From contig JAEOUA010000008.1 in NCBI GenBank assembly GCA_016839555.1, positions 192,001-256,000 on the forward strand: 64,000 nucleotides of DNA, given 5' to 3'. A program made the position numbers and the translations under genes. The notes under the pieces are model-generated. The model was not told where the DNA came from. It saw only the letters and a list, made by a program, of their open reading frames with translations, and searched no databases. This DNA comes from Promethearchaeota archaeon. Its GTDB lineage: Archaea > Asgardarchaeota > Lokiarchaeia > Sigyniarchaeales > SOKP01. How positions within the stretch are numbered: position 1 is the first letter of the stretch; every line of letters starts with the position of its first letter. Below are positions 20,656 to 29,997 of this stretch, one piece after another.

Positions 20656-22497
20656 TTAGTATGTATAAAGATGTAGTTTAAATTTTGCTCTTGAACCTCC
20701 AATATATTTATCTCTCTTTAAATCTACTGATGTGTTTTTATTTAACAATAAGAAAACGATATCTCGTTCCAAACCTTTAAACCCTTGTATTGTTTTAAAG
20801 AGAGTCAAATAGTCTCCATTAATTTGTAGTCTCTTTCTTAATAAGGGGAGCTCCCTAATTTTATTGGGTTCTATGATGATAATCCTATTTACTGTACCTT
20901 GATCTTTCAGATAATAAACTTTATAGTACGAAAACTGTTGTCTGTATGCATTAGGTAAAATTTTATTCAATTTTTCATTTGAAAGAATTAAAATTTGGTC
21001 ATCCTTAATTCCATTATTCAAATATTTTTTCTTAATATATGCAATTGAATAGTGAAGAGCTTTTTTTCCAGAAGAGAAATGTTTTGCGCTCACTTTTAAT
21101 CCATTAATTTCAGAATAAGAAGAATAATTACCCAAATGTGTAGCATTTTTTATCCATTTTCCTATTTCAACCGTATTTCTGAGATTTTTATCTAATACAA
21201 TTAAATCTTGATCAGGGTTCATTCCAAATTGCGTTGAAATAAATTTATTAGTAAAAAGATTTTGAGATTCATCAAAAAAGATATATAGTATTGATTTTTT
21301 CTGATTTTTGAGCATTCTTCTAATAAGTGATGCAAGATCCGGATGAATATCCTGGGCTTCATCTATTAAAATTGCATCATAAATTTGTATTTCTGAAATA
21401 TCATCGAGGTTTTCGTTTAAAATATTTGCACTTTTTTCGAATTGAAAATTATTATTAAAGAAATATAATTGCTGCAAATCTTTCCCCCCTAGTAATGCTT
21501 TAGCAAGAATTTTTATAAGACTATGCAAAGTTAATATCGATATTTTTGTGGCCAATTTATCTGAATCAATATTTAATTTTTCGCATAGATACGATTCAAT
21601 TGAATCTCTCAATTCTTTATTAAAGCATAAAAAGAGAGTTTTTTTATCTTCTTTATATAATTGTATAGCTTTTTTCATTGCTATAAAAGTTTTTCCCGAA
21701 CCCGCGCTTCCTTTGAACATGCAATGCTTTTTCTGAGAGAGGGATGTTAACAAATAATCTTGAACTTGATTTAACTTTTCTAACTGTTGTTCTCTGATTT
21801 CATAGTAATGTTTTATATTTACATAAGTATTTATAGAAGGTGTGATAAGTTTTAAGAAAAAGGGTTTTATATTGGGATTAAAAACTCGATTGTTATAGAC
21901 CTCTAATAACGAAATTAAATAGTCTTCAAGTGGAGAAGGACCTATTTTCCCTATTCGTTTCCAATTATTTTCATCCTCTAAATCAGAGTAATCAAAAATT
22001 TTTGAAGGGGGTAAAGAGAGGGAAAAATCGTCTTTTATTTGGCAATCGGGAAAGAAGCACCCACAATTATAAGAAAGTGGAAAATCTAATCGCCCATTAA
22101 CATTTTTTAATAAATGGTTTTTATCAGCATTCTGGGAAGCTTTATTGATATATAAGTCTTTAATAAAATACATTGATTTCTGAGCTTGCCGTAATGGATT
22201 TGCTTTAAGCTGATGTTTTCTATTTGAAAGTAGTTCCCTTGAGTGATAACGATTATTTTCGAAAGTGATTAAGCCACCTTTTGCCTCGATTATCAAGAAG
22301 CCATAATTCGCATTAAAAATAAGAAAATCTGCCTCTCCGTGCTCTTTTCTTAAATCGCTTGCCCATTCGATTGAGTGCCATGCATACCAATCATTACTTA
22401 AATCATCCAACAAGGTATAAAATTTGATTTCTGATCTTGGTAGGTTTTTACTTCGTTGTTGTAATTCTTGTAATGTTTCTGGATATTTATGTACCAT
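20656..22497 (-). CDS. NERD nuclease domain-SF1 (UvrD-like/DUF2075) helicase
   Basis: GEADFLI..LIIEAKGG (NERD); GSAGSGKT, ILIDEAQD, DESQ, NLRNT, FKGLE, SRAK helicase motifs. Confidence 0.9.
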   Translation of the reverse strand: MVHKYPETLQELQQRSKNLPRSEIKFYTLLDDLSNDWYAWHSIEWASDLRKEHGEADFLIFNANYGFLIIEAKGGLITFENNRYHSRELLSNRKHQLKANPLRQAQKSMYFIKDLYINKASQNADKNHLLKNVNGRLDFPLSYNCGCFFPDCQIKDDFSLSLPPSKIFDYSDLEDENNWKRIGKIGPSPLEDYLISLLEVYNNRVFNPNIKPFFLKLITPSINTYVNIKHYYEIREQQLEKLNQVQDYLLTSLSQKKHCMFKGSAGSGKTFIAMKKAIQLYKEDKKTLFLCFNKELRDSIESYLCEKLNIDSDKLATKISILTLHSLIKILAKALLGGKDLQQLYFFNNNFQFEKSANILNENLDDISEIQIYDAILIDEAQDIHPDLASLIRRMLKNQKKSILYIFFDESQNLFTNKFISTQFGMNPDQDLIVLDKNLRNTVEIGKWIKNATHLGNYSSYSEINGLKVSAKHFSSGKKALHYSIAYIKKKYLNNGIKDDQILILSNEKLNKILPNAYRQQFSYYKVYYLKDQGTVNRIIIIEPNKIRELPLLRKRLQINGDYLTLFKTIQGFKGLERDIVFLLLNKNTSVDLKRDKYIGGSRAKFKLHLYTY

Positions 22498-22605
22498 TAA
22501 AAACGCCTAACATTTAATTTCTTGCTATATATAATTATATTCTAACCCTTCTATTTAAATGAAAAACTCCTATTAATTAGTAATTTAATGATTATTCTTG
22601 GATAC

Positions 22606-22755
22606 GCAGCACCCCCATTTACATAGGGAAGATTTTTTCCCTAAAATTTTAAAGAAAGAATTCTTCATATTACCCCTGCATACATAGGGAAAAGCAAATA
22701 TACTATTTTTTTTCGTTCTTTAAATACGCTACACCCCTATATGCATAAGGAAAAA
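22606..22755 (-). CRISPR. Degenerate orphan mini-array: 3 x 28-nt type I-E-like repeats, 2 x 33-nt spacers
   Basis: Repeats start at 22606, 22667 and 22728 (period exactly 61). Plus-strand GCAGCACCCCCATTTACATAGGGAAGAT / ATATTACCCCTGCATACATAGGGAAAAG / GCTACACCCCTATATGCATAAGGAAAAA, with an internal CCC..GGG palindrome. Confidence 0.6.
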
Positions 22756-23019
22756 ACTATAATTTTTATTAGAATTACCAATTACACTATACATTTTAGT
22801 TATTTTTAATCTCAGTATTTGGATGAGCGGAAACTTCATTGTTTATATTTATATAAATCTATGTTTTTTTATTAGAAAAAGACTATTTAAAAATCGGGTT
22901 TTTAATATAAAAAAGAGTGATTAGAGTGTCTTCCGTCGCAAGGAATCAATGTAAAGAGTTAGAAGTTTTTACATCTGCGTATTATGTGCTCTGGACACTC
23001 TATGAACACTCCCCTTATT

Positions 23020-23259
23020 CTACCGTTTATCGGAGAATAAGATAATGACAAAAGCTAAGCTTGTGTCATTTAGTTGTAATACTAAACGAGCAATCATACT
23101 TTTGTCCTCCCTTTCGGTATCATTGAAATAAAAAACTTCGCCATACTTCAAAGAAGGTCTATACATAAAATCGTCTATTATCGTGTTCATTTTTGCAACT
23201 TCTACATCGCTGTTATGTGTCTTTCTTACTGAATTGTCGAAATTGAGGTTTATTTGCAA
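23020..23259 (-). CDS. Small hypothetical protein, possibly frameshifted at the 3' end
   Basis: 79-aa ORF preceded by GAGG; an alternative frame continues INGRIRGVFIECPEH. Confidence 0.4.
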   Translation of the reverse strand: MQINLNFDNSVRKTHNSDVEVAKMNTIIDDFMYRPSLKYGEVFYFNDTEREDKSMIARLVLQLNDTSLAFVIILFSDKR

Positions 23260-23496
23260 TGTAAAAACCTCTTATTAATAATATAGAGAAAAAATATTTA
23301 ATTTTATTTGAAAATAATTAATTTCACCACTATTCCAAATAAAGATTAGACCTAGTCTATAATTTCCTTGATAAAGAAGTATTCTCTAAGTTTTCTAATG
23401 AAATTAATGATTTTAGATATTTCTTAAAGAAGAAATTTTTTCCTTTTCCATTTATTCTAAATTTTTATATTTATTTTTAAATTATAACATGAAATT

Positions 23497-24084
23497 TTGA
23501 GGAGAAAAATGTCAACAGAAGGATTAATTGGGATTATATATAGCCGATTAAATATGAAGAATAAGCCCAAAACCCTTGAGAATTTCATAGGAACTTATGT
23601 ATCCAGTTTAGCGTTTACGTCAAGTTTAGGTCATGAAGTTGTTAATTTTATTAGAAAAGTTAATGAAGATAAGCAATGGGATCTTTTCAAATATAGGATT
23701 AAGAGAATAACACCAGTAAAAGCAACAGAAGAGGCAGGGTTAGAAGAGATTATCAAGTATAGACATTATGCTGATCCATCTTGGGGTGGTAAACTTTTTC
23801 ATTGGTATGTTTTATTAGGTAAGCTTCATGGAATCCAACATTACGTGGAAATATTAAAGGGAAATTTATATCATTTAATTGATAGCTCGATATTTATATT
23901 TGATAAAAATTGCTCTTATACTTATGTACTTAATTTAGACAATTTGACATTAGAGATTTATGTAAGAAGATTTGGAACCTCTTATGGTTGTGATAATAGA
24001 TTTGCAAAAGAAGTAGGTGCGATTAAAGGTGTTTTTCCATTTGAGAAGATATCTCCCAATATTTTCCCCAAGAGTATTATTTAA
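23497..24084 (+). CDS. Hypothetical protein of a type common in mobile elements (likely start ATG 23509)
   Basis: MSTEGLIG..SLG.EVV.F and YTYVLNLDNLTLEIY patterns. Confidence 0.6.
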   Translation: MRRKMSTEGLIGIIYSRLNMKNKPKTLENFIGTYVSSLAFTSSLGHEVVNFIRKVNEDKQWDLFKYRIKRITPVKATEEAGLEEIIKYRHYADPSWGGKLFHWYVLLGKLHGIQHYVEILKGNLYHLIDSSIFIFDKNCSYTYVLNLDNLTLEIYVRRFGTSYGCDNRFAKEVGAIKGVFPFEKISPNIFPKSII

Positions 24085-24208
24085 GATGACATAATAAACT
24101 TTATTAAATTATTTTTAAAAATAAGACAAAAGTCTTAATTAATTAGCAATAATAAACTCGATAAAAATCGGAAGAAAAATTATATATTTACCATTTAAAA
24201 TTAATTTA

Positions 24209-24544
24209 TTGAAATTATCTGTTAATGAATATTATGGAATGAACAGTGAAAGTTATCATTATTATGAGAAAATTATTGTTGTAATTGCGGAATATTTGAA
24301 AATTTCGATTTATGAATTAAAAATATTGGGAATAATTAATGAGATAATAGAGGATTTAAATGATTATGGAGGGTAGGGTATTTATGAACACCTTATTGGG
24401 AATTTAACAAAGTTTTTAATTGATAATCTAAAAAAAATAGAGCGCTTAAAACCTTATTTTTCAATTCTTAAGCGTAAAATAAAAAGATCTCAAAAATTTA
24501 ATGAGGAAGCAAAAGAAATACTTTTAGATTGGATATCTTTTTAA
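24209..24544 (+). pseudogene. Degraded hypothetical gene with in-frame TAG; its 3' end is repeat copy 2
   Basis: Frame ..DLNDYGG*GIYEHLIGNL..DWISF*, TAG at 24374-24376. Confidence 0.6.
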
Positions 24545-24721
24545 TATTATCTCTTTAAATTAAGAAATATAAATATGGAATAAAATAATGAGGCTGCTCT
24601 TAAATTTATACCTATTTATGTTCAGACAATATTTTCAAACTTTAAGAATGTCCATTATAGATTAGTTACAGAATTATAAGTCAATTTATTCTTTTATTTT
24701 AGTCCATACTAAAGATTTAAC

Positions 24722-25585
24722 CTAATCAATTAAGATTTCCCTATTCTCCTTTATTTTTCTCCTAGCAACAATACCTAATGATAAAAATGTTCCGTTATCG
24801 ATAAGATGAAACCACCATGCAAAAAGAAGGCCATTGGTTATAAAAACAGCAGAAAAGAGCAACCCATCAATAAAACATAATATTAAAAATTTTAGAGTGC
24901 CGAAATTAAATTTCTTAAAACCATAAAGATGGCCGATCGAGAAAATAAAGCTGGATAATGCGATATTATAAATTAAATTAAAAGATGTGATGGACGCTAT
25001 TATATTTATCAAAAAATATCTAAAAATTAGCTCCTCAAAAAATGTAGAACTGCACATTAACAAAAATAAAAAACATATATTTTGACCATTAGGATTTTTA
25101 ATTAATTGGCCTATTATTGGCAACTTTCTTGATATTGAAAACCTTTTATTATTCGATTTAAATAAGAAAAATGAAGAAATGATGATTAATAAAAGAATGA
25201 TAAAATAAAATAGTATAAAATAGTGAAATCTAAACAAATTAATATAAGAATAGTCCTCTAAAAATTTCGAATCATTGAATAAAAAAGGGGATTTTGTAAA
25301 AATAATATCTATGAGTATTAAGATGAAGATTGTTATAATTAACATATATCCTGGTAACTTTTTAATTTTGTTCTCTTTAATAATGATTCGAAATCCTGTC
25401 ATAAGTAAGATAATATTGAAAAGAATATAAGATATAAAGTTTAATAAATTATTTTTTAAAATTAAGCTAAACAAAAACATATTTATTGAAATGGAACTTA
25501 AAAGAGACAGAATATTATATAAAGATCGTTCATATTTAATTAACTTATTATTTTTCATATTTATTTTTCCGTTCTTTTTTCTCAA
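24722..25585 (-). CDS. CPBP/CAAX (Abi) family intramembrane metalloprotease
   Basis: EELIFR, FSIGH, WWFHLIDN; paralogue of 24-611. Confidence 0.85.
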   Translation of the reverse strand: MRKKNGKINMKNNKLIKYERSLYNILSLLSSISINMFLFSLILKNNLLNFISYILFNIILLMTGFRIIIKENKIKKLPGYMLIITIFILILIDIIFTKSPFLFNDSKFLEDYSYINLFRFHYFILFYFIILLLIIISSFFLFKSNNKRFSISRKLPIIGQLIKNPNGQNICFLFLLMCSSTFFEELIFRYFLINIIASITSFNLIYNIALSSFIFSIGHLYGFKKFNFGTLKFLILCFIDGLLFSAVFITNGLLFAWWFHLIDNGTFLSLGIVARRKIKENREILID

Positions 25586-25845
25586 TTTATTAATTTAAAT
25601 TCATGCTTTTTTTACTCTAAATGAACTTTAAAGCATGACAATAGAGAAAAGCTATTTCTCAATTTAATTTATACTGGTAAAAATTTAGATCGACTTTTTT
25701 AATATTAAAAGAATCTCAGCGATTTATTCGCTTAACAGGATTTTATTTGCCTTTATATTTAAAAAAAGGATCAGCAAGTAGAAATCTTTTGCTTTAATTA
25801 ATTTGCAAGTAACTTAATTAGTAGGCAAAATGCTGATAATTTAGC

Positions 25846-26752
25846 TTAAACTTCTCTTGAGAACCGTTCTCTAGGAAAACGAGGATTCCAATTTACCCCT
25901 GTTTGCTCACATACATTCTGAAAAATCTTTAGTATCTCTTTTCTTTTTGAATCAAACCAGAACATTAGACCTTGTTCTTTCCGTATAGTCTCTCTCCTTT
26001 CACTTCTTACATCAGAAGCAAATACATCTCGAATATCACGAAGAATGTTTACAATAATCTCGATTTTATCTCTTAAATTTTTATCTGAAAGATATGACAT
26101 TCCTTTTGAGGATGCTACTTTTTTTCCATTTCTCGTAAATAGAGTACCTGTATTAAATGCGGTTATTGTATCCTCCATTGCTTTATCAAAATCTATATAA
26201 GACCTTTCCATTATGAAGAGATCTTGAAATGCTGGGCGATCAAGGCAAGATGCAAAAAATCTAATTATCTCCTTATCTTGTTTTTTCTCTGAATCAATAT
26301 CATCTTTATAGTTAATATTAATAATAGAATGGGCAACTTGTCCACCTTTTTGATCCACTGTAGATATTTTAGACTCTTGTGAAAGATTAAAAATAAATTG
26401 TTCTACAATTTCTTTACTTGGTTTAATGCCTTTAAGGTTTTTTTTTTCGTGCTCAGCTTTAATTTCTTTTAATTTAGAAACGGTATATAAATCCAGGTCA
26501 TTATCTATTATATCGTGGTGAATAGGACACATTAAAAGTAAATTGTCAAATCCGTGTCTTTCTTCATCATTCTGGTTGCTATCATATCTTGGAGCTCCTG
26601 ATCTATTACCTTTAATATGACAGATTTCACCAGTAACTTTACCACTCTCTTCATCTACAAGATTATTTTTGCAATAAGGAAAATAACATTCATTACCTGA
26701 CACTGCAAATAATCTCTTAATTGTTTTTTGGGCGAGGATAGGTTAGGGGCAT
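25846..26752 (-). pseudogene. HNH endonuclease domain plus unique C-terminal domain; +1 frameshift in an A6 run near the 5' end
   Basis: ATG at 26752 gives MPLTYPRPK, then shifts out of the TIKRLFAVSGNEC frame. HNH motifs GEICHI, NLLLMCPIHH. The GTG ORF 25846-26703 stays open. Confidence 0.75.
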
Positions 26753-27113
26753 TCTTAATCATTTAAATTGCATTTTTATTCTAATTAACTAATTTCTATC
26801 CTACAATTAGTTATATTAAATAGCAATATAAATCTTTCCCTATTTTCCTTAATAATCATTTTTAAGTTTAAATGAGTTGAATTCATAACAGATTTCCACA
26901 ATTAATACATTGTTTATTCTTCTTTTTATAAGTAGTAATTATTTTTAAATTCTCTATTAAACATAATTTTAAAGAAGAATTTGTTGTTTAATATTCTTTC
27001 ATTATATTTTTTTATTTGTTTATAGAAATTAGCAAAGCATTTTTTAGGATTTCCAATAGAGATTATATGGTTGGGTTTATAAATCTACTTTTAAAAAATT
27101 ATTATTCTTTTAA

Positions 27114-27782
27114 ATGATTTGTTTAAAAATGAAAACAATAAAAAAAATAAAAGAAACAGGAATAAAAAAAGAGAATTTTCTTTCAAATATAAAGGTTCGG
27201 ATAAAAGTTATGGAAAGGATTAAGAAAGAAAGGAAAAACAAAAAGTTATATTTTGATGAGTTGTTATGGGGTATAATTCTTGAAGAGCTTGAATTGTTTA
27301 GGAATAACATTAAAAAGGGGATTTTTGACATCAAAGGGAGAAGTGATTATTTGAATGAATATAAAATGATGTGCTATTGTCGATCTAAAACAGCGTTTTA
27401 TTCCGATATCCCCTATTTTGGATTTACATTGCATTTTTCTAAAGACCAGGGGCAAGCAAAAAAAGCCCTCTCGTGGTTGCCCAAGATTGCAAAGACAGCT
27501 CTTCTCCAAATAATATTAAAACAAATTTCAAAAGAATTTCACTATCTTAGCTATATAATAGAAAAATTAGTATTAGAACCTAAAGCGAGAGATATAGTAT
27601 CTATTTGGGGTGTAATTGAACCTTTCTTCATTTTAGAATCATGGTATGCTTTTCAAACCTCGTGTATAGAGGCAGACACCGAAGACACTATAGAGATTGA
27701 ATCCCAAATATTTAAAACGCCTGTTTTTATGAGAACTGTTTTCTCGGTCATTAAATCACTTGAACAAGATAAGCTTATATAG
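27114..27782 (+). CDS. Hypothetical protein
   Basis: 222-aa ORF. Confidence 0.6.
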   Translation: MICLKMKTIKKIKETGIKKENFLSNIKVRIKVMERIKKERKNKKLYFDELLWGIILEELELFRNNIKKGIFDIKGRSDYLNEYKMMCYCRSKTAFYSDIPYFGFTLHFSKDQGQAKKALSWLPKIAKTALLQIILKQISKEFHYLSYIIEKLVLEPKARDIVSIWGVIEPFFILESWYAFQTSCIEADTEDTIEIESQIFKTPVFMRTVFSVIKSLEQDKLI

Positions 27783-27871
27783 AGAGTTGAAGGGGAATAC
27801 ACAGTACGTTTTTTTTTATATAAATGGGGAATATCATTTTTTTATTGTGCTCCCTTTCTCTCTCTTAAAAG
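27766..27871. repeat. About 105-nt imperfect inverted-repeat element, copy A
   Basis: Left arm AGAGAGTTGAAGGGGAATACAC pairs with right arm GTGCTCCCTTTCTCTCTCT; related copy at 32640-32750. Confidence 0.6.
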
Positions 27872-28062
27872 ATTCTAGCTTTCTGCTTAATAAATATATT
27901 CACTTAACATTTTCTTCTCACATTTATTTTAGTGTTGTTTATTAAATTCAAAGTGAAAAATAGGGACAATTCAAGAAAATGAACTTTCTGATTTCTCAAT
28001 TCTTTAATTCAAATAAAAAATATTTGATATAATTTATCAGAAATTTGTGCTGTAAAAGTAAA

Positions 28063-28920
28063 TTAATTATCCCAGATAGCTTCCATTTCTCTGAATCTTT
28101 TATTGAATTTCTTAACCAATTTTGTATCATTATAAAATTGATTAATAATCTTCGCTATATCAAAAAGGCTCATCTTTTGGCAATACTCCCTTGGATCAGA
28201 CACTCCTAGAGTAATCCATTTTGAGATAAAAGAAGGAGAAGCAATAAGGCTTCTTTCCTTTCTATTTATAGAAATAATTCCCTTTTGCCTTAAATAGATT
28301 AGTCTTAATTTAACAAGATACATAGGATAATTTAGGATCTGAAGTGCAGTCTTAATAGTTTGCAAGGTTGCTTTCCCCACTAACATTAAGGAAACATCAA
28401 CTATATAAGAATGAAGAAGAAACAGGGCCTCTTGACTATAATAATTTAAAGTCTGAACATTTTGATCGTAGTTTGTATAAACAGCATCTTTAGGGATTAT
28501 ATTTTTATTATTATTTTTTAAATACTTTTTCCATATAGTTATACTTCCGTGATACATTTTGTCTTCATAATAAAATGCTTTTCTAAATCCTAATTCTTTA
28601 AACATCTTCCTATAATATATAAAATCAGGAACAGAAAATAAAAAAGTCTTTTTTTTTAGGATTCTCCGAATTAATCCTGAAATATTGTTTGTTGGAATCG
28701 CTAGGTTTCTATTATGTTTATACATCTTACGTATCATTCTCTTTTTTGTCTCTAGGTCTAATCTATCAAACACAGCAGAGAGCCTAATCTCGTTTCCATT
28801 TCTAGAAATATAGCTACATTTTTCAAATTTGTCTGAAGTAAATCCGATTTTCTTGCCGAATTTACTATCAGGTTTTATTATTTCCCAATTTCTTGACGAT
28901 AAAGTCCTTTTCCCTTTCAT
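28063..28920 (-). CDS. Hypothetical protein; N-terminal domain paralogous to 28958-29905, possibly GNAT-like
   Basis: Shared DSxFGxKIGxTSDxF..SYI..I.LS.V..ELGFRK..IWKKY. Confidence 0.65.
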   Translation of the reverse strand: MKGKRTLSSRNWEIIKPDSKFGKKIGFTSDKFEKCSYISRNGNEIRLSAVFDRLDLETKKRMIRKMYKHNRNLAIPTNNISGLIRRILKKKTFLFSVPDFIYYRKMFKELGFRKAFYYEDKMYHGSITIWKKYLKNNNKNIIPKDAVYTNYDQNVQTLNYYSQEALFLLHSYIVDVSLMLVGKATLQTIKTALQILNYPMYLVKLRLIYLRQKGIISINRKERSLIASPSFISKWITLGVSDPREYCQKMSLFDIAKIINQFYNDTKLVKKFNKRFREMEAIWDN

Positions 28921-28957
28921 TTTAATAACCTTAATAATTTATTCAGAATCCGTCTAT

Positions 28958-29905
28958 TTAAACTCCCCTCACATTCACCGAGCCAACATTACAGAACGGA
29001 GACTTTTTTGGTTCCCTATGGTTACATTCTTTAAATCTATAAGGGTTTTTTTTACTATATTTCTTGCATACTTTTCTTGCAAATGTAATACTCTTGCCCA
29101 AGCTATTACTTTCATAAAGGAGCTTTAAATAACTTCTATTAAAGTCTTGCATAGTAGAAGAATTCATAACCATTAAAAATAATTCAGCATTTGAAGATGA
29201 TTTATGAAAATCTCTAATTTCAGCTTCAGTAAAATTATTAAATAATCCAACAGGAAGCTTTACATTAAGTTTTTTATTCACTTGATATTTATTTGTTTCC
29301 AAATTCTTTTGAATAGATATCCAAAATTCCTTCTCGACACCCTTTTTTGATGGTATATAATGGCAAAACCCAAGTTCCTTTAAACTCAAAAAATTATGAG
29401 TAGAGTCTCTCTTATTGAATTCACCTTCGCAAACGTAAATGGATTCTCTTCTTGCAAACAGATATTCAATTCGTTTCCAAAGAATTAAAAATCTCTCTTT
29501 TATATTTTTTTTAGGTTTATATTTCTTCCATATTACAATCTTTCTATTTAACTCTTCATCAAAAAGATATTCCTTTCTAAACCCTAATTCCTCCAATAAT
29601 AAACCATTATATTTAGATTGCGATACTATAATATTTTTATTAAGGCTTTGAATCCTCATTATTAAACTCCTAAAATATTCTAAGGGAATATATTTAGAAA
29701 TATCTATACTATCAGAAAAGAAATAATCATCAAAACTCTTCTCTCTTACATAAGATAAAATGATATCATCACCTTTCTTGAGGATATAAGAAGCTTCATC
29801 AAACCTATCAGAAGTAAGCCCAATCTTCCTTCCAAAAGGGCTATCAACCCTTACCATCTTAAATTCTTCATCTTCTATTCTAATAGTAGTTTTTTTTATG
29901 TTCAC
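28958..29905 (-). CDS. Hypothetical protein; N-terminal domain paralogous to 28063-28920
   Basis: Same shared N-terminal motif, unrelated C-terminus. Confidence 0.65.
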   Translation of the reverse strand: MNIKKTTIRIEDEEFKMVRVDSPFGRKIGLTSDRFDEASYILKKGDDIILSYVREKSFDDYFFSDSIDISKYIPLEYFRSLIMRIQSLNKNIIVSQSKYNGLLLEELGFRKEYLFDEELNRKIVIWKKYKPKKNIKERFLILWKRIEYLFARRESIYVCEGEFNKRDSTHNFLSLKELGFCHYIPSKKGVEKEFWISIQKNLETNKYQVNKKLNVKLPVGLFNNFTEAEIRDFHKSSSNAELFLMVMNSSTMQDFNRSYLKLLYESNSLGKSITFARKVCKKYSKKNPYRFKECNHREPKKSPFCNVGSVNVRGV

Positions 29906-29997
29906 TATTTTTTTACCTAATTTTAGCTGATAATTTAAATTTGTATGTTTAAACTTCTTTATTTAAAGATGTTTCTTATAAAAAGTATATATTTTAT

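Noticed and set aside
22541-22568. Possible fourth CRISPR repeat
   Set aside because: Off-period (65 nt) and lacks the GGG arm.
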